A DNA stretch of 62,945 nucleotides, filler included, from Porpidia crustulata (taxonomy: Eukaryota), in assembly GCA_964255105.1 (NCBI GenBank). It is 18 parts of 18 records of this genome, joined end to end, with 100 filler letters (N's around TTAATTAATTAA, not from the genome) between each part and the next. Parts side by side here need not be neighbours in the genome. Positions count along the whole stretch, not along the records: positions 10,696 to 14,143 come from CAXUWE010002306.1; positions 14,244 to 17,688 come from CAXUWE010002307.1; positions 17,789 to 21,226 come from CAXUWE010002308.1; positions 21,327 to 24,753 come from CAXUWE010002309.1; 14 more parts are not named here. One strand, written 5' to 3'. The translations under genes were made by a program, and so were the position numbers. How positions within the stretch are numbered: the stretch's first letter is position 1; each line of letters starts with the position of its first letter. Under the pieces are notes generated by a model. That model was not told where the DNA came from. It saw nothing but the letters and a program-made list of their open reading frames with translations, and made no database searches. This document shows, in pieces, positions 11,216 to 23,337 of this stretch.

Positions 11216-13768
11216 ATGGACGGCTTATCTGCAGCTTCGGGCGTAAATGCTGTGGTATCTCTAGCTCTACAGCTGGCAGACAGTGTGAATAGACTGTAAA
11301 TTACGGAATTCTTCAATGAGACTGGAGGGAAATCAGAACAAACCAGAAAGATGCTAACCTACCGATTTATCTAGTAATGAATTCGTTAGTTTGCTCAAAG
11401 AAGCCCCAAAAGAAATCAAGTCGATTCAAACCAGCCTGACGGTGGTTTCTTCTGCCCTGGACAATATCTGGCTCGAAACTCGCCAATCAAAGCATGATAC
11501 AGTCGTCAATGCTGCTCTTGTCGAATGTGAGCAGCATGTGAACGTTCTCATTTCCATTGCGGAAGAGCTCGTTCCTGGCTTTGGGTCCGCAAGACCCTTG
11601 GCGAGGACTTGGACTGCTGTGAAAGCTGTCAAAAAGGGTGAGAAGATTCGGAAGTTTCAAGAGCGGTTGGAGCAAGCAAAATTGACTTTGGTCATGGCAC
11701 AGCATGATCTTGCAAGGCAAGTCTAGCAGATCCTTGTGGATGAAAGGGTCAAATTGCGAAAGCCGTCGACAATTGCTGATTCGTAATTTCAGACGCCGTC
11801 AAACTGAACAAAATGCAATCCAGGAAAGAACCTTGTCAGAGCTCACGCATGCATTCGAGAATATGCAGGCTCAGACAGCTTATCAAAGTAAGGTCGTTTG
11901 CGGGTACTCCAATGATCGAGAAGACTATTTGGAAGACGTCTTCCGGGAAATACGTCGAGCTTCCTCATCCTGGGTGAGCCCAATGGTACGCTCGCAATTG
12001 GAACGGCAGCTTAGAGAGGCAGTACAAAGCACGCTCGACAGCTTGCCCGAGAATGAGAATCTCACCGGGTCTGAGACAGGATCAGAGCTGAACAGTGAAG
12101 CTGATACTCCGACTTCTCTACTGCTACATTCAGTCGGCCATCGACCATGGAAACGTGTGCGCGTTGCTAGAGCGAACTCGACTATTTCAACAATCTTTGG
12201 GCAGATTCATTGTTCGTCGAAATCATATCAGCTTATACATCAAGGATATGGAGATCCATATGACAATGCGTTCAGTCAACATCGTAAGGACTCTATTGTC
12301 GAGTCATAATTCTGGCTTGTCCCATCGTCGTGGTTGGTCAAGTGTGGTATATCCTACGCCGTCAGTTTCCATGTGGCGAAGTCAAGTCATGCTGGTTGGA
12401 ATCATGTTTTGAAGACTTTCAACGTGAGTTGTGGTCTCGGCGGCTTTTTAACGAAATCACTGACCATACTCAGCTTACCCCAGACTCTGCGCTAACTTCT
12501 GACTTTCGCCGGAGCGGAAACATTGACGGAGTTACAACTTTGTTTTCCAAAGGACTGGCATCAGTTCGGGACGTCAACTCGATAGGATTTACGCCATTGC
12601 ATGTAAGTCAGAGCTGCTTACCATAGTGTTTTCCGGGCGTGATCCGTTCGATCTGATTCATTTCGTGTACTTGAGTACCTTGTATTGACGGATGTAGATT
12701 GCTGCTGCGTATTGCCATCCGCAGCTGTGTAGATTGCTCATCCAAGAAGGCGCTGACCGGTCGGCTACGGAATGGTATGGTTGGCAACAGTGGGTTTCCG
12801 CCTCTCATTCTGGTATACAAATATATTAACAAGTCTGAAGGAGACCTTTTGCGAACGCCATTTTTACGGCTGACCGGTACTTGGGTTCCTTACGTCCTCA
12901 GGATAAGGAAGAACACAGACAGATTGACACTTTCCGAGTATTCCTCAGCGCAGGAGAAGAAATTAATGACGAGCATACGAGCCATGATCTCGATGTTTCA
13001 GGCGTCTGGGATAGCCAACTCGTCTACCAGAACCCCGTACTACAGTCCGAGTTCGTCTACCGTTCTGTATGGCTACTGGAACAAGTCCTATCCACCGCCC
13101 GACAAGCACGTCTTGTCTACGACCACGAATGGTGGCGAATGAGGCTCAACTGCGCCCTCTATAATACTCCCAATCAGAAACCCGTCGCCGAAATCCTGAA
13201 ACATTGTAGCGTCCCCGTCGTCCGGTCCGTAATAATTGACTGGATCTGCAACCTTGGAGCCTCCTACAATGACGACGACGGCATGACATCCTTTGACTTC
13301 AATCGCATGTACGCCAAAGTCGGCAGCCTTGATTTCAAAGCCAAACCATATACTGCCGGCGACGAGAAGGAGGCCCGGTCGCCTTTGAGCGCGGCGATGG
13401 AAAAATCCCCATCTGTTTCCAAATTCCGCTCGATCCTCCAGGAACTCAATATCGACATCCAAGCTTTTGTCCACGAGCAAGCCGGACTCCTGGATAATGG
13501 CTGGACGGCCGAAACCCTACTGGCAATGTTCAACGACACATACCACTCGATCGCCCACGAAGACCTCTACTGCGTCTGCTGCGGCTGCAATGACGGTGAC
13601 GCCGCATTTTATCTAAACGACATCTGGAACCAGAGGAAACAACGTATCAAAGCCGGCAAAGATCCAGACGGTCCGTTTTCCGAAGCCGAGGTCAGCGTGC
13701 AATAGGAATGTGACGCGGCTATCCGCGATTACGTATGTTTGGGGTGCCGCTTTTATGGTCGAAATTAG
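11216..13768 (+). pseudogene. HeLo-like/fungal N-terminal helical domain plus ankyrin-repeat protein with two in-frame stops
   Basis: MDGLSAASGVNAVVSLALQLADSV N-terminus. Introns 11296-11374, 11717-11792 (GC-AG) and three further GT-AG introns. Ankyrin motif ASVRDVNSIGFTPLH|IAAAYCHPQLCRLLIQEGAD. TAA 12307-12309 interrupts a continuing frame (ES*FWLVPSSWL...GWNHVLKTFN). TAG 13703-13705 is followed by ECDAAIRDYVCLGC. Confidence 0.7.
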
Positions 13769-15085
13769 TGGACGGAGTCAGATGTAGCTTGCAAGGGCAA
13801 GAGCGGGAGGTATAACGGCCGATGATTTAGACACATTTTAGCAAGATGTGGGAGTCACACAGGGACTCGCGCGGTCCGGTTTCGAATTAGCAGCGTTCGT
13901 CAACTATTCCCGCGCATTTCTCAACGCGGAATCAACCTCGCGGCCAACGCAATCATCCCCCCCAAACCAATTCTTCTAGCGCATCCTCCCCTCAGTACAT
14001 CCCTGGATTTGTCTCAAAGCTCCTTAATTCAATGATCCTGGAAACACCCAAAGGAAAAGCTCATCACATCAAGATGAAGAGCCTGGAGGAAATTATGACA
14101 GAACATCGCTCGGGTCAGGGCAGAGTTTTGCAAGGAGTGGGGGNNNNNNNNNNNNNNNNNNNNNNNNNNNNNNNNNNNNNNNNNNNNTTAATTAATTAAN
14201 NNNNNNNNNNNNNNNNNNNNNNNNNNNNNNNNNNNNNNNNNNNAAGGCATCCGTCCAAAAGAGGCTTGCTTCGTGATTCCCCCCTCCCCCCCTACGACCC
14301 TATCGATTTGTTAGTCCTCCAAGTCATGTTCTTCGCGGCACGCCGCGTCCGGTACACACACGTCCGTGTCATTGGGTCTGGTACATACCTATTGCCTGTT
14401 GCCTCTTGCCTATTCCTCCCGCTACGATATGGCCCTTGCCAGTTGCCACCTGGTAGAATCCTGCATTAATTATTATTAATTACACCCTCTACTCACTCCC
14501 CTACCTATCCACACTACACACCTATCCCACTCTCTCGCCAACCTAAACCCCAAATAGCCCTCCAGAAAACCCCCTTTGACGCTTGCTCTCTGACGCTACC
14601 GTCCTAGTAGTCAGGTAGCAGCCAGAGTCAGTCGCGGTCTATGGCTCTTTATTCAAAACCGGATCCCTACTAATTTGCAAAACATCCGGATCCAAGACAC
14701 TCCAGCATAGCGATCAGCCTCTGGGAACAACATGCTTGCCTGATGGGCAACACTTCACATTCCCTACGCTACTCCTAATCTAATTGTGTTTCGTGTCTCC
14801 TTGACTGTCGGCATGTAAACCCTTGACATTACTTTAGGGCACTGATCCCCTACGCTAGGTCAATAATTCATATCTGTCGATACTGCCTTAACACGTCCAC
14901 GAGCAAGCATTGATCGCTAGTTCTCGTTGAGAATTACCCACAGCTTCCCCGAATCTTCTATTCTTGACTTAATTCCCGTGGATAGTCATCCGGCTATCCT
15001 CCATCGTCACTATATCTCAGCAGTCTTCTTCTTTATCGATCGTCTCTTAGCAGTCATCGCTGCTCTCGTCAGATCGGGCCTGGAC

Positions 15086-15121
15086 ATGGCCGTGGTCAGA
15101 CAACCACCTTCACCAGGCTAA
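15086..15121 (+). promoter_or_regulatory. Candidate uORF MAVVRQPPSPG* overlapping the next ATG (TAATG)
   Basis: GACATGG start context. Stop TAA 15119-15121 shares its last A with ATG 15121 of an out-of-frame ORF (15121..15312) that overlaps the cyclin start. The transcription start is unknown. Confidence 0.35.
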
Positions 15122-15212
15122 TGACGATCGTATTAGAACCTTTATCCTCCACCAGGGTCACCCCATCCTCTCCAACTGTTGAGCCCCAAGTTCCTTCCCT
15201 GACAAGTCCCCA

Positions 15213-17220
15213 ATGGTCGAGGTCGGTCTTCCCTTCTCGATGCCTTCAACGACAACAACAACGACAGCCCAGTACGTCTTGGATGATCGATTACCTTCGC
15301 TGCCGATTGTGAGGCATCTCGGCCAAGGCTGTGATAGAGATATATCAACACATGCACACACAATTAGGGACTTCCGAGAGGGTGACGGTTCCAACCGGGT
15401 GCAGCATTCTTTGTCTCACACCCGGCACGGTCTCAAAACTCCTCCGGACGACATGACTGGGAGGAATGCCAATCCATTACTGGCACCTTTTGATGGACTG
15501 CAATACAAAAGCGTTCCCGTTGTGGGACCAAATAATATCTCGTACCAGACCCATCACGGCCCTCACGCTACGCCAAAGTACACGAGCAATTCACAGCCGT
15601 TCTATGACTCCTACCACTCCGCACAGCGATCCCAAAGCCCGACATCGAAGGTTGAAAGTATCGGAGCACGAGAGCCGCGTGAACGCCGACGATCGTCGAG
15701 TGACGTCAATTCTATTGTGTCGTATCTTCAGATACCACCATCTATAAACAACAGCAAGGGAAGCCTGGCCGAATTTGCTGCTCAGGTAAGGGTTAATGTT
15801 GAACTGCTCATGACGTGTAGCTAACGCTGGCTAGATTACATGCCTTTTCTGGTTTGAATCTTCCTTTAACCTCCTCTATGTCGAAGAATCAAGAACAACT
15901 CCTGTGCCACTGGATCCACTGGTACCGGAGGCGTTGCCTTCAATTGGATTTCGAAAGTGGGTAACCACTATCCTTTCAACGACGCAGGTCACCCAAAATG
16001 TTATTCTTCTGGCTTTGATGTTCATCTACCGATTGAAGAAACTGAATCCGGGTGTAAAGGGCAAAATTGGCAGTGAATACAGGCTGCTGACCGTAGCGTT
16101 GATGCTCGGAAACAAATTTCTGGATGATAATACTTATACCAACAAGACATGGGCAGAAGTCTCGGGGATATCAGTGCAAGAGATTCATATCATGGAGGTT
16201 GAGTTTTTGAGCAACATGAGATACACCCTCTACGCATCGGAGAGCGAATGGAAAGCATGGCATGTCAAGTTGGGGAAATTCTGGAGCTACTTTGATCGCG
16301 CGTCTCGAACCGCACCTGAGGCTGCGTTAAGGCTTCTTGGCCCACCAGCATCCACGCACATCAACTCTCCCAATCTCCCGTCCCCTCCATCTTCAACACA
16401 CACCTCTCCTCCGTTCTCGACGACCTATCCATTCAATAATTCGATACCACCCCATCCCCTGTCTTTACCACCATATCTTGCTCCGTCTGTACCGTCGTTG
16501 ATTGCCCCTTTGTCGGAGGGAATAAAAACCCACTCAAAGAAGAGAAGTCGGGAAGAAAACAGCTTGGAGCACCCCGCAAAGCGACTGGCTACTTCCCATA
16601 CCCCTTCCGCACCATCTAGTCAGACACTGACTCCTTCCACATTGAACGTCATCACTCCGACGATTCCGAGACTCCCTATGCCTAATCTTTCGATATCGAC
16701 TGGAAACCAGACCGGTAGCTACAGCGGATCCCCACAGGCTCAACTGCCACCACCTACAGGACGAGCAATGTCAGCAGCATTTCCAGGAAATAACAGGTGG
16801 CCACAAAATGGAATGCTACCATCATTGTCGCATCCAACTCCATCAAGTAATTTAACGCCAACAAACGAGTGGTCAAACAGGCAGTCAGATCACACCGTAA
16901 CCCCCGGGAGGACATCGCCATCGTCCTTCAGCTTCCGCCAGTCGACCACCCCTCAGCATCTTTCACCTCTCCATTATTCGGCCACACGAACCTCTCCGTA
17001 CAAGCCGGTCCGAGGCGTAAATACTCTACTTGTTCCGCCACCATCGGCATCAATGCACAATCCATCCTTGAATCTTGGGTATGATCAGATGCAATACCAA
17101 CCTCTTGGAAAACCCATCAGCGAAAGGCGAGCTGGAGTATTACCGTATATGCATCACGATACATCGACTCAGCCTCACCATCAGATGCCGCCCTATTTGC
17201 AACAACCAAAATTCTATTAA
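15213..17220 (+). CDS. Pcl/Clg1 (Mug80)-like cyclin with Pro/Ser-rich tail
   Basis: YLQIPPSINNSKGSLAEFAAQ|ITCLFWFE (intron 15786-15834). Cyclin box FRKWVTTILSTTQV...SEYRLLTVALMLGNKFLDDNTYTNKTWAEVSG. Start is ATG 15213 or 15240. Confidence 0.88.
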
Positions 17221-18090
17221 ATATTGTTCATTCCTGCGCTTTAGCGTCTCATATTGGAATGATCGCTTACATCCGCCAGCGGATTTTCTTTCCCCATGCA
17301 TTTTAGCGCCACATCATCAGCATTGTCAGGCGCCTGGGTCTGAAGCGGCTTCGTCGGCGGCGAGGGTTTCACTATGTCAAAGCACATCTACGGAGCTTGG
17401 GCGAGCAGAGTGTGTCCCATTGGGAGTCAGATGACATGTACATAGAACTCTTAGCATATGAGTAAATCAGTGATCGAACCACTGGCTAGCAACTACTGCG
17501 TTTCGGTTTTGAGATCCTATCACATGGAAATTCTTTTTTTATGAGCAATTTGAAAAGTGTGACTTGACCTAGAGGCACTTGAAATCGTACCATGGCGTTG
17601 GGTTGACTAGAGGTCATTTGAAAGAGCCCAATATTACTACGGTATCCGGGCGAAATGTTGTTAGTACACTACACTAAGCTCCCTGCTANNNNNNNNNNNN
17701 NNNNNNNNNNNNNNNNNNNNNNNNNNNNNNNNTTAATTAATTAANNNNNNNNNNNNNNNNNNNNNNNNNNNNNNNNNNNNNNNNNNNNAGAAAATAAATC
17801 CATACCGCAAAAATCGATCTTCACCAATATGAATCAGATCTGATGATTGATTTCAGGAGATTTTTCGATGAATCTACGCAGTCAAACGATGTATCGCTTT
17901 GACCTGATTCTTTGCGTTCATCATCATCATCATTTAATTTTGTAGCGTTCAGATGATATGTTCTAAGATACAGTAGAAAAGTCAATGAGGATCGAGTCTT
18001 GCGGTATGGATTTATTTTCTGGCCGCGTGGCTACTAAGCCAATTCTGGGGATAAAAGTGGCCGCGCCATTAGCGTCATGCGAGTGATTTA

Positions 18091-18116
18091 ACGCGTGCGG
18101 ATTATTTAAATCGCGT
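18091..18116. promoter_or_regulatory. MCB-like elements (ACGCGT; TCGCGT = ACGCGA on minus strand) upstream of the MBF subunit gene
   Basis: ACGCGT 18091-18096 and TCGCGT 18111-18116, plus TGGCCGCG twice (~18020, ~18058), 240-340 bp before the ATG. Confidence 0.45.
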
Positions 18117-18358
18117 CTTCCCACCATCCCTCGTCATACCTCAAATCTGCTCCAATCGAGCAGTGTCTACAATGCTCTGGTGAAATGGTGAAACACATCT
18201 AAACTCTATTCATCACCGCAATTCAAGTATCGCCAAGTTATATATAAGTAAGAGTACGAATTAGCTGCCGTTCGTAGACCTAGAGTCCTGTGTGAAGGCT
18301 ACTTTCACCGCATCACGCCACGACGGGCAACTGATAGATAAAGGGTACTAGCGACAGC

Positions 18359-20530
18359 ATGGCTCCAAACCATACTGGGAACGAGATATACTCAGCGACT
18401 TATAGCAATGTAAGATGCATGACCCCCGAGATCTCCCCAAAATCTCCTACGCAAGTCGTATCCCATTGACATTGAGACAGGTCCCGGTCTTTGAATTCAA
18501 TTGTGGTGGTGAACATATCATGCGTAGACGTCATGATGATTACATAAATGCTACACATATCCTGAAGGTAGCCGACTACGATAAGCCGTCAAGGACAAGA
18601 ATTCTCGAAAGAGATGTACAGAAGGGTGCACATGAGAAAGTTCAAGGAGGTTATGGGAAATATCAGGGTTCGCGAGTTCAGCGTGTAAGCTTTGATGGGT
18701 CGTCTCTAACAACACCCAGGTACATGGGTTCCGCTGGCCGCTGGACGCGACCTTGCTCAGCGCAATGGCGTTTATGAAAAGCTGCGTCCCATCTTCGAGT
18801 ATGTCCAGGGTAATATAAGTCCACCACAAGCACCCAAGCATACTACAGCTGCATCGGGCAAGCCCAAGGTTCCTAAACAAGCCCCAGTCAAAAAAGCTCC
18901 TAGTAAGTAGTTGTCTACTAGCTTGTTAGGACACTTTGATTGCTGACGAACAGAAACTAAAACAGTGGCTCATACTCACAATATCAGCGACGAGATGTAT
19001 GAAAATATCAGTGCTCAACTCAATGATGACGAGTCTATTGGGGGCTCTACGATAGGTTCAACGTCTTTCATGGACGAGGACGATATGTACCGTCAACATG
19101 GCCACACTGGAGGTTCACGTAAGCGAAAGCGTGGCCCTGAAATGTCATTGCATGACCAACAGCACATGATGTTTGCCGATTCATTGTTGGACTACTTTAT
19201 GCTGTCTACATCTGAAGCACCTCTCAACCTTGAGCCACCGCAGCTACCAAACGGTTATGAGGTTGAATGGAAGGTCGATAGCCAGAAACATACCGCTCTT
19301 CATTGGGCCTCGGCTATGGGTGATACAAGAATTATGAAGAACCTTCTGGATAAGGGAGCGAACATGTTTGCGAAGAATGAAAGAGGAGATACTCCACTGA
19401 TCAGAGCCGTGCTGTTCACCAACAATTACGAAAAAGATACTATGCTAAGGATTCTATCGCTGCTTGGACCAACGATCGAAGAGCCGGATTATCTCAACTC
19501 TACAATCCTCCATCACATTACAATGCTTACAATGAGTCGCCAAAAGAAGAAGTGTGCTTGCCACTACCTCGAAGTACTTCTGACTAAGCTTGTCGAAACC
19601 ATGGACTCAAGAAGGATGTTGAATTTCATAGATAGGCAAGACTCAAATGGAGACACTGCTTTGCACATTGCCATTCGACATGAAGCTCAGAAATGCGTTC
19701 GGGCTCTACAAGGTCGAGGTGCGGCAGGCGATATTCCAAACAAAAACAACGAGACATCGGATCAAATGTTGCAGCGGATGCAGGTCCGACAGCTAGATCA
19801 ACACGCCTTTGCGTCGTCCTCGCCGGTCCAGGCAGATTTCCCGCTGTCAAATGGCCACGCTGTAGTCAGACAGCCAAGAACCGGTACAGTGACCACCACT
19901 CGGTATGAAAGCCAGTCTGCCCAGTCGTTCAGCGAATCTTTTGACTCTGTTGCCGCCAACGGAGGAATGCAGGTTGCTCTTGCGCTGGAGCACGAGTCTC
20001 GGGAGAAAGATGTACAACAGGCAGAAGCGACGCGCCTACAGACCAGCGTTGACGAACAACGCCATCAGGTCCGCCGAGCGACCTTTGCCATCATGAACGA
20101 ACACGGCAACGCCGACGACGACGACCAAGAAGAAGCCGCCATGAGGACCGAAGTAACGCTCCTCCAGGAAGAACAAGAGTCCCTCCTCGAACAAAACCAG
20201 CACCGCATCCTCCACCAGGACATCCGCGCCGAAGAGTCCGCCCTGCCGCCCTCGGTCCACAGCAAACCAAACGGCACCACCCTACCCGACGACGAAACCA
20301 TAGCCCGCGCCCAAGCCGCCAGGGAGCTCCTGGTCGAACAGATCCGACGTAGAGACTTGACGGGGTTGGTGGCGCAGGCGCAGGCGACGGCGGGGATGAG
20401 CCAGGTCGGGCACGAGTGCAAGAGGCTGGTGAGCAGCAGTACCTGGGTGCCGTTGGACGAGGTTCCGGGCGTGACGCCGGATTTGCTGGAGCAGCTGGAG
20501 ATGCAAAGGGATGTTGTGATTGCTGCGTAG
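18359..20530 (+). CDS. MBP1: MBF/SBF DNA-binding subunit (Mbp1/Res1/Res2 type; APSES/KilA-N + ankyrin + coiled coil)
   Basis: [14 protein letters not shown]...[18 protein letters not shown]...[18 protein letters not shown]. Ankyrin motifs [34 protein letters not shown]. Introns 18410-18480, 18668-18719, 18903-18953. Confidence 0.9.
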
Positions 20531-21326
20531 GTGTATGATGTGTCTCGTGTTGCGGCTAGAGAATGGCTGTACGTTTTGTTTTTGGATTGGAGTGTGTGAG
20601 GGACTTGTGATGGAGGTTGCAGGAAAAGGAGGTCTATGGGAGTTTTGACGAGCACCAGGTGATTTCTATGGTAGTGAGGATGAGTGTAGGATCATTGTTG
20701 CTTCAGAATCCTTCGAATTCCGAATCTCGTTAGAGTTCAAGTTGTGTATAGCGAGTTTCTCGTCTAGTTTACTGTATTTATTCATTCCTTGTTGACCTGA
20801 GCACTTCAGAATAGTTCAGGAATCTCATCGATAACTCCAGCACCATTATCCAGACTTAGAATTCCTCTATATCAATTCTTTCCTCCAATCTAAACAAACA
20901 TCCACAAACCACCCCGATACGCTCCAACCAACTCCGAATTGCGAAACCCGCCCTGGACGCCCTGCCTTGCGAACATTCCAATCAGAAGTTGCGCTGGTGG
21001 CTGAAACGAGAAGCTTCTTTCCAATAGACCAAAGGTCGATACGGATTAGATGAAATTGGGTTTCGATATCGACGCTTGGGAATCGTGGAGGAAAATCAGA
21101 TCTATTTCAGCCTGATGGAATTTTTAGACATTGGCCCTCGTCGTCCATCTGACAAAACCTTGCTACCATCATCTCGCTTCCCCCCGCACACTCTCGTCTT
21201 TCTCTCTCCCCGCAGCATCCCCACCCNNNNNNNNNNNNNNNNNNNNNNNNNNNNNNNNNNNNNNNNNNNNTTAATTAATTAANNNNNNNNNNNNNNNNNN
21301 NNNNNNNNNNNNNNNNNNNNNNNNNN

Positions 21327-22726
21327 GGAATAACCTTATTCTCATCGCCATCTTTTTCGTTCCCCAAATCGGGCGGAATCTGCGGTGGGGGATTCTGCAA
21401 GTACGAGGGATTTCGAGATTGGGAAGGGGGCTTTTTGTTGATGTCGAATCTTGAAGGCGGTTTGCACTTGGCAATTGGGTCCGTCGCTGAACGAAGAATT
21501 GGGTGACTTGTAGTTTTGATATTGATGATAGAATTGCGGGCTTTGGGATTCAGTGGAGCAATTACCGGGAGACCCTTTGTACTATCAAACTCCGGGAGTT
21601 TCTTAACTTCATCTGGCTCTTCATAGATCCTGTCATCAGGGTTCCGGAAGAGTCCTCCACTCGATTTCCTCGACTTTGGACCGCTTATTCGGCGCTCACC
21701 AGATTTTAGCGAGGAAGGTATCGAAAAAGGCAGATTCACATGAAATCTTTTCTGAGGCGAGTCTCCAACAGTATGGCCGTTTGTGGCAGTACCCGTATCA
21801 ACTTTCCCAGCTTCTACTGATGAACCGCTTGATTTGCGACTACTATGCGATATATTGCTATTGCTTGTTTTCGATGTTGAACTGTCAGATGCAGATCTCT
21901 GGCTTGTATCCTCGGGGCCATTCTCGGAACCCAGTCCCCCGTATCGTCCAAGGCTCTGGCTTCCTGCATGGCTATTTTTCTTCAAATGTTCCAGGTAGCT
22001 ATAGGGAGCGTCCGGATTCCGGAATGGCGTTGAGGGGTTTCTGTGCTGCCAGACAAGATCGCTTGCTTCTCGCTGAGCCGCTCCATGCAATCTCTCCTCA
22101 TCCTGTATATCCATATCCTCTAGCGCCTCCCGCAAAGACCGGGCCTCTTGCTTTTCCATCCACCGCAGCCCACTTTCCTTGTACGCAATAGTCGGAACCA
22201 AGCTCGTCCTTGAAGAGGTTGAGAAATCGCGCGAGGCCCCTTCGGTTCGGGGTGGCTGGACTAAGGGTCTGCCAGGAGTGTTGGAAGGTCCCTCGGTATT
22301 GGGCATTGCAGATTGCACCCGGCGGTGAGAAAGAGCACTTGAGCACCTGTCCTGCCCGGAGGACGCGATTTCTGTTCCCTGTCCTGAGCCCAGGTGCATA
22401 GGCATCGCTGAAGATGTTCTTAAGGCCAAGTCGGACCCAAGCGTTGGGGAAGCAGTAGCACCTCTTTGAGGTAAGGGTCTTGAACCGGCAGGACGTGGAG
22501 GGCGAAAGCTGCGTAGGTCGGCAAGATATTCTTTCTGCCATACTTTCTGGGGATCTTTGGCTGGGGCAGGTTTAGGCGTCGAGGAGGAAGTGAAAAGCTT
22601 CAACGGGGACGTGTGAGATGGTGTGTGATTGGCAGGTGTAAGTCGACTGTGCTCTGAATGTCTTTGAAAAGGATTAGGTCTCTTATGAGGGGCAGGAATA
22701 GTTTGGACTTCGGCTATATCAGCCAT
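21327..22726 (-). CDS. Conserved fungal protein, N-terminal low-complexity part (probably LIM-domain family), 3' truncated
   Basis: Uninterrupted frame of more than 460 codons. Islands EYLADLR..RP.RPAGSRPLP, RWMEKQEARSLREALEDMD, LFRNPDDRIYEEP and KPPSQSRNPSY are recalled from fungal LIM-domain proteins. The LIM domains themselves are not in the contig. Confidence 0.6.
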
Positions 22727-23337
22727 ATCAATTGAGCGAAGGGGAATAAGCAATGGAGGTACGGCAATGTCAGGTCAATGTAGTGCTTGCGCTCTCCTTG
22801 CGAAGAAGCAAACGAGTGTAATAAGGATGAGAGATATTTAGTTTTGTGACAACAGGCAATGACTGAACTGAAAGGATGAGATTCTGGAGGGAAATATCAA
22901 GCACGGCGTTTAGGAATGCATATGCCTGTGAATGTTTACACCAATAATCTTGGCCTAGCAACGGTTGCCACGCTAATTTGAAACTGACGGGTGACATCAC
23001 GCTAGAACAAGACCCTCCACGTCACGCGAAAACATCACAGACTCGAAATGGCAGTCTCTCGCTCGTTCTCTTAGTATGCAACTGTGGTGCTGCTAGAGTA
23101 TGGGCTCGATGTTGATGATAAAAGTTGACGTGAGGAAAAGTTATTGGCGGCGACTTCAGAAGTATTTCCAATTTGTGGTATCGGGAATTCGGCAGCACTA
23201 GCAACTACGTAAAGTTAGCAAATGTGCAGATCGATTCTTGAAGATTACTGTTCCATTTCTCTTTTTGTATTAATCGATAATGATATCTCCTTGACTTCCT
23301 CTTATGCAATTTACTCCGATGTTAGGGATTCCTCACC

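Noticed and set aside
14244..21226. Cyclin next to the MBF subunit as a cell-cycle gene cluster
   Set aside because: The genes are on different contigs separated by an artificial linker.
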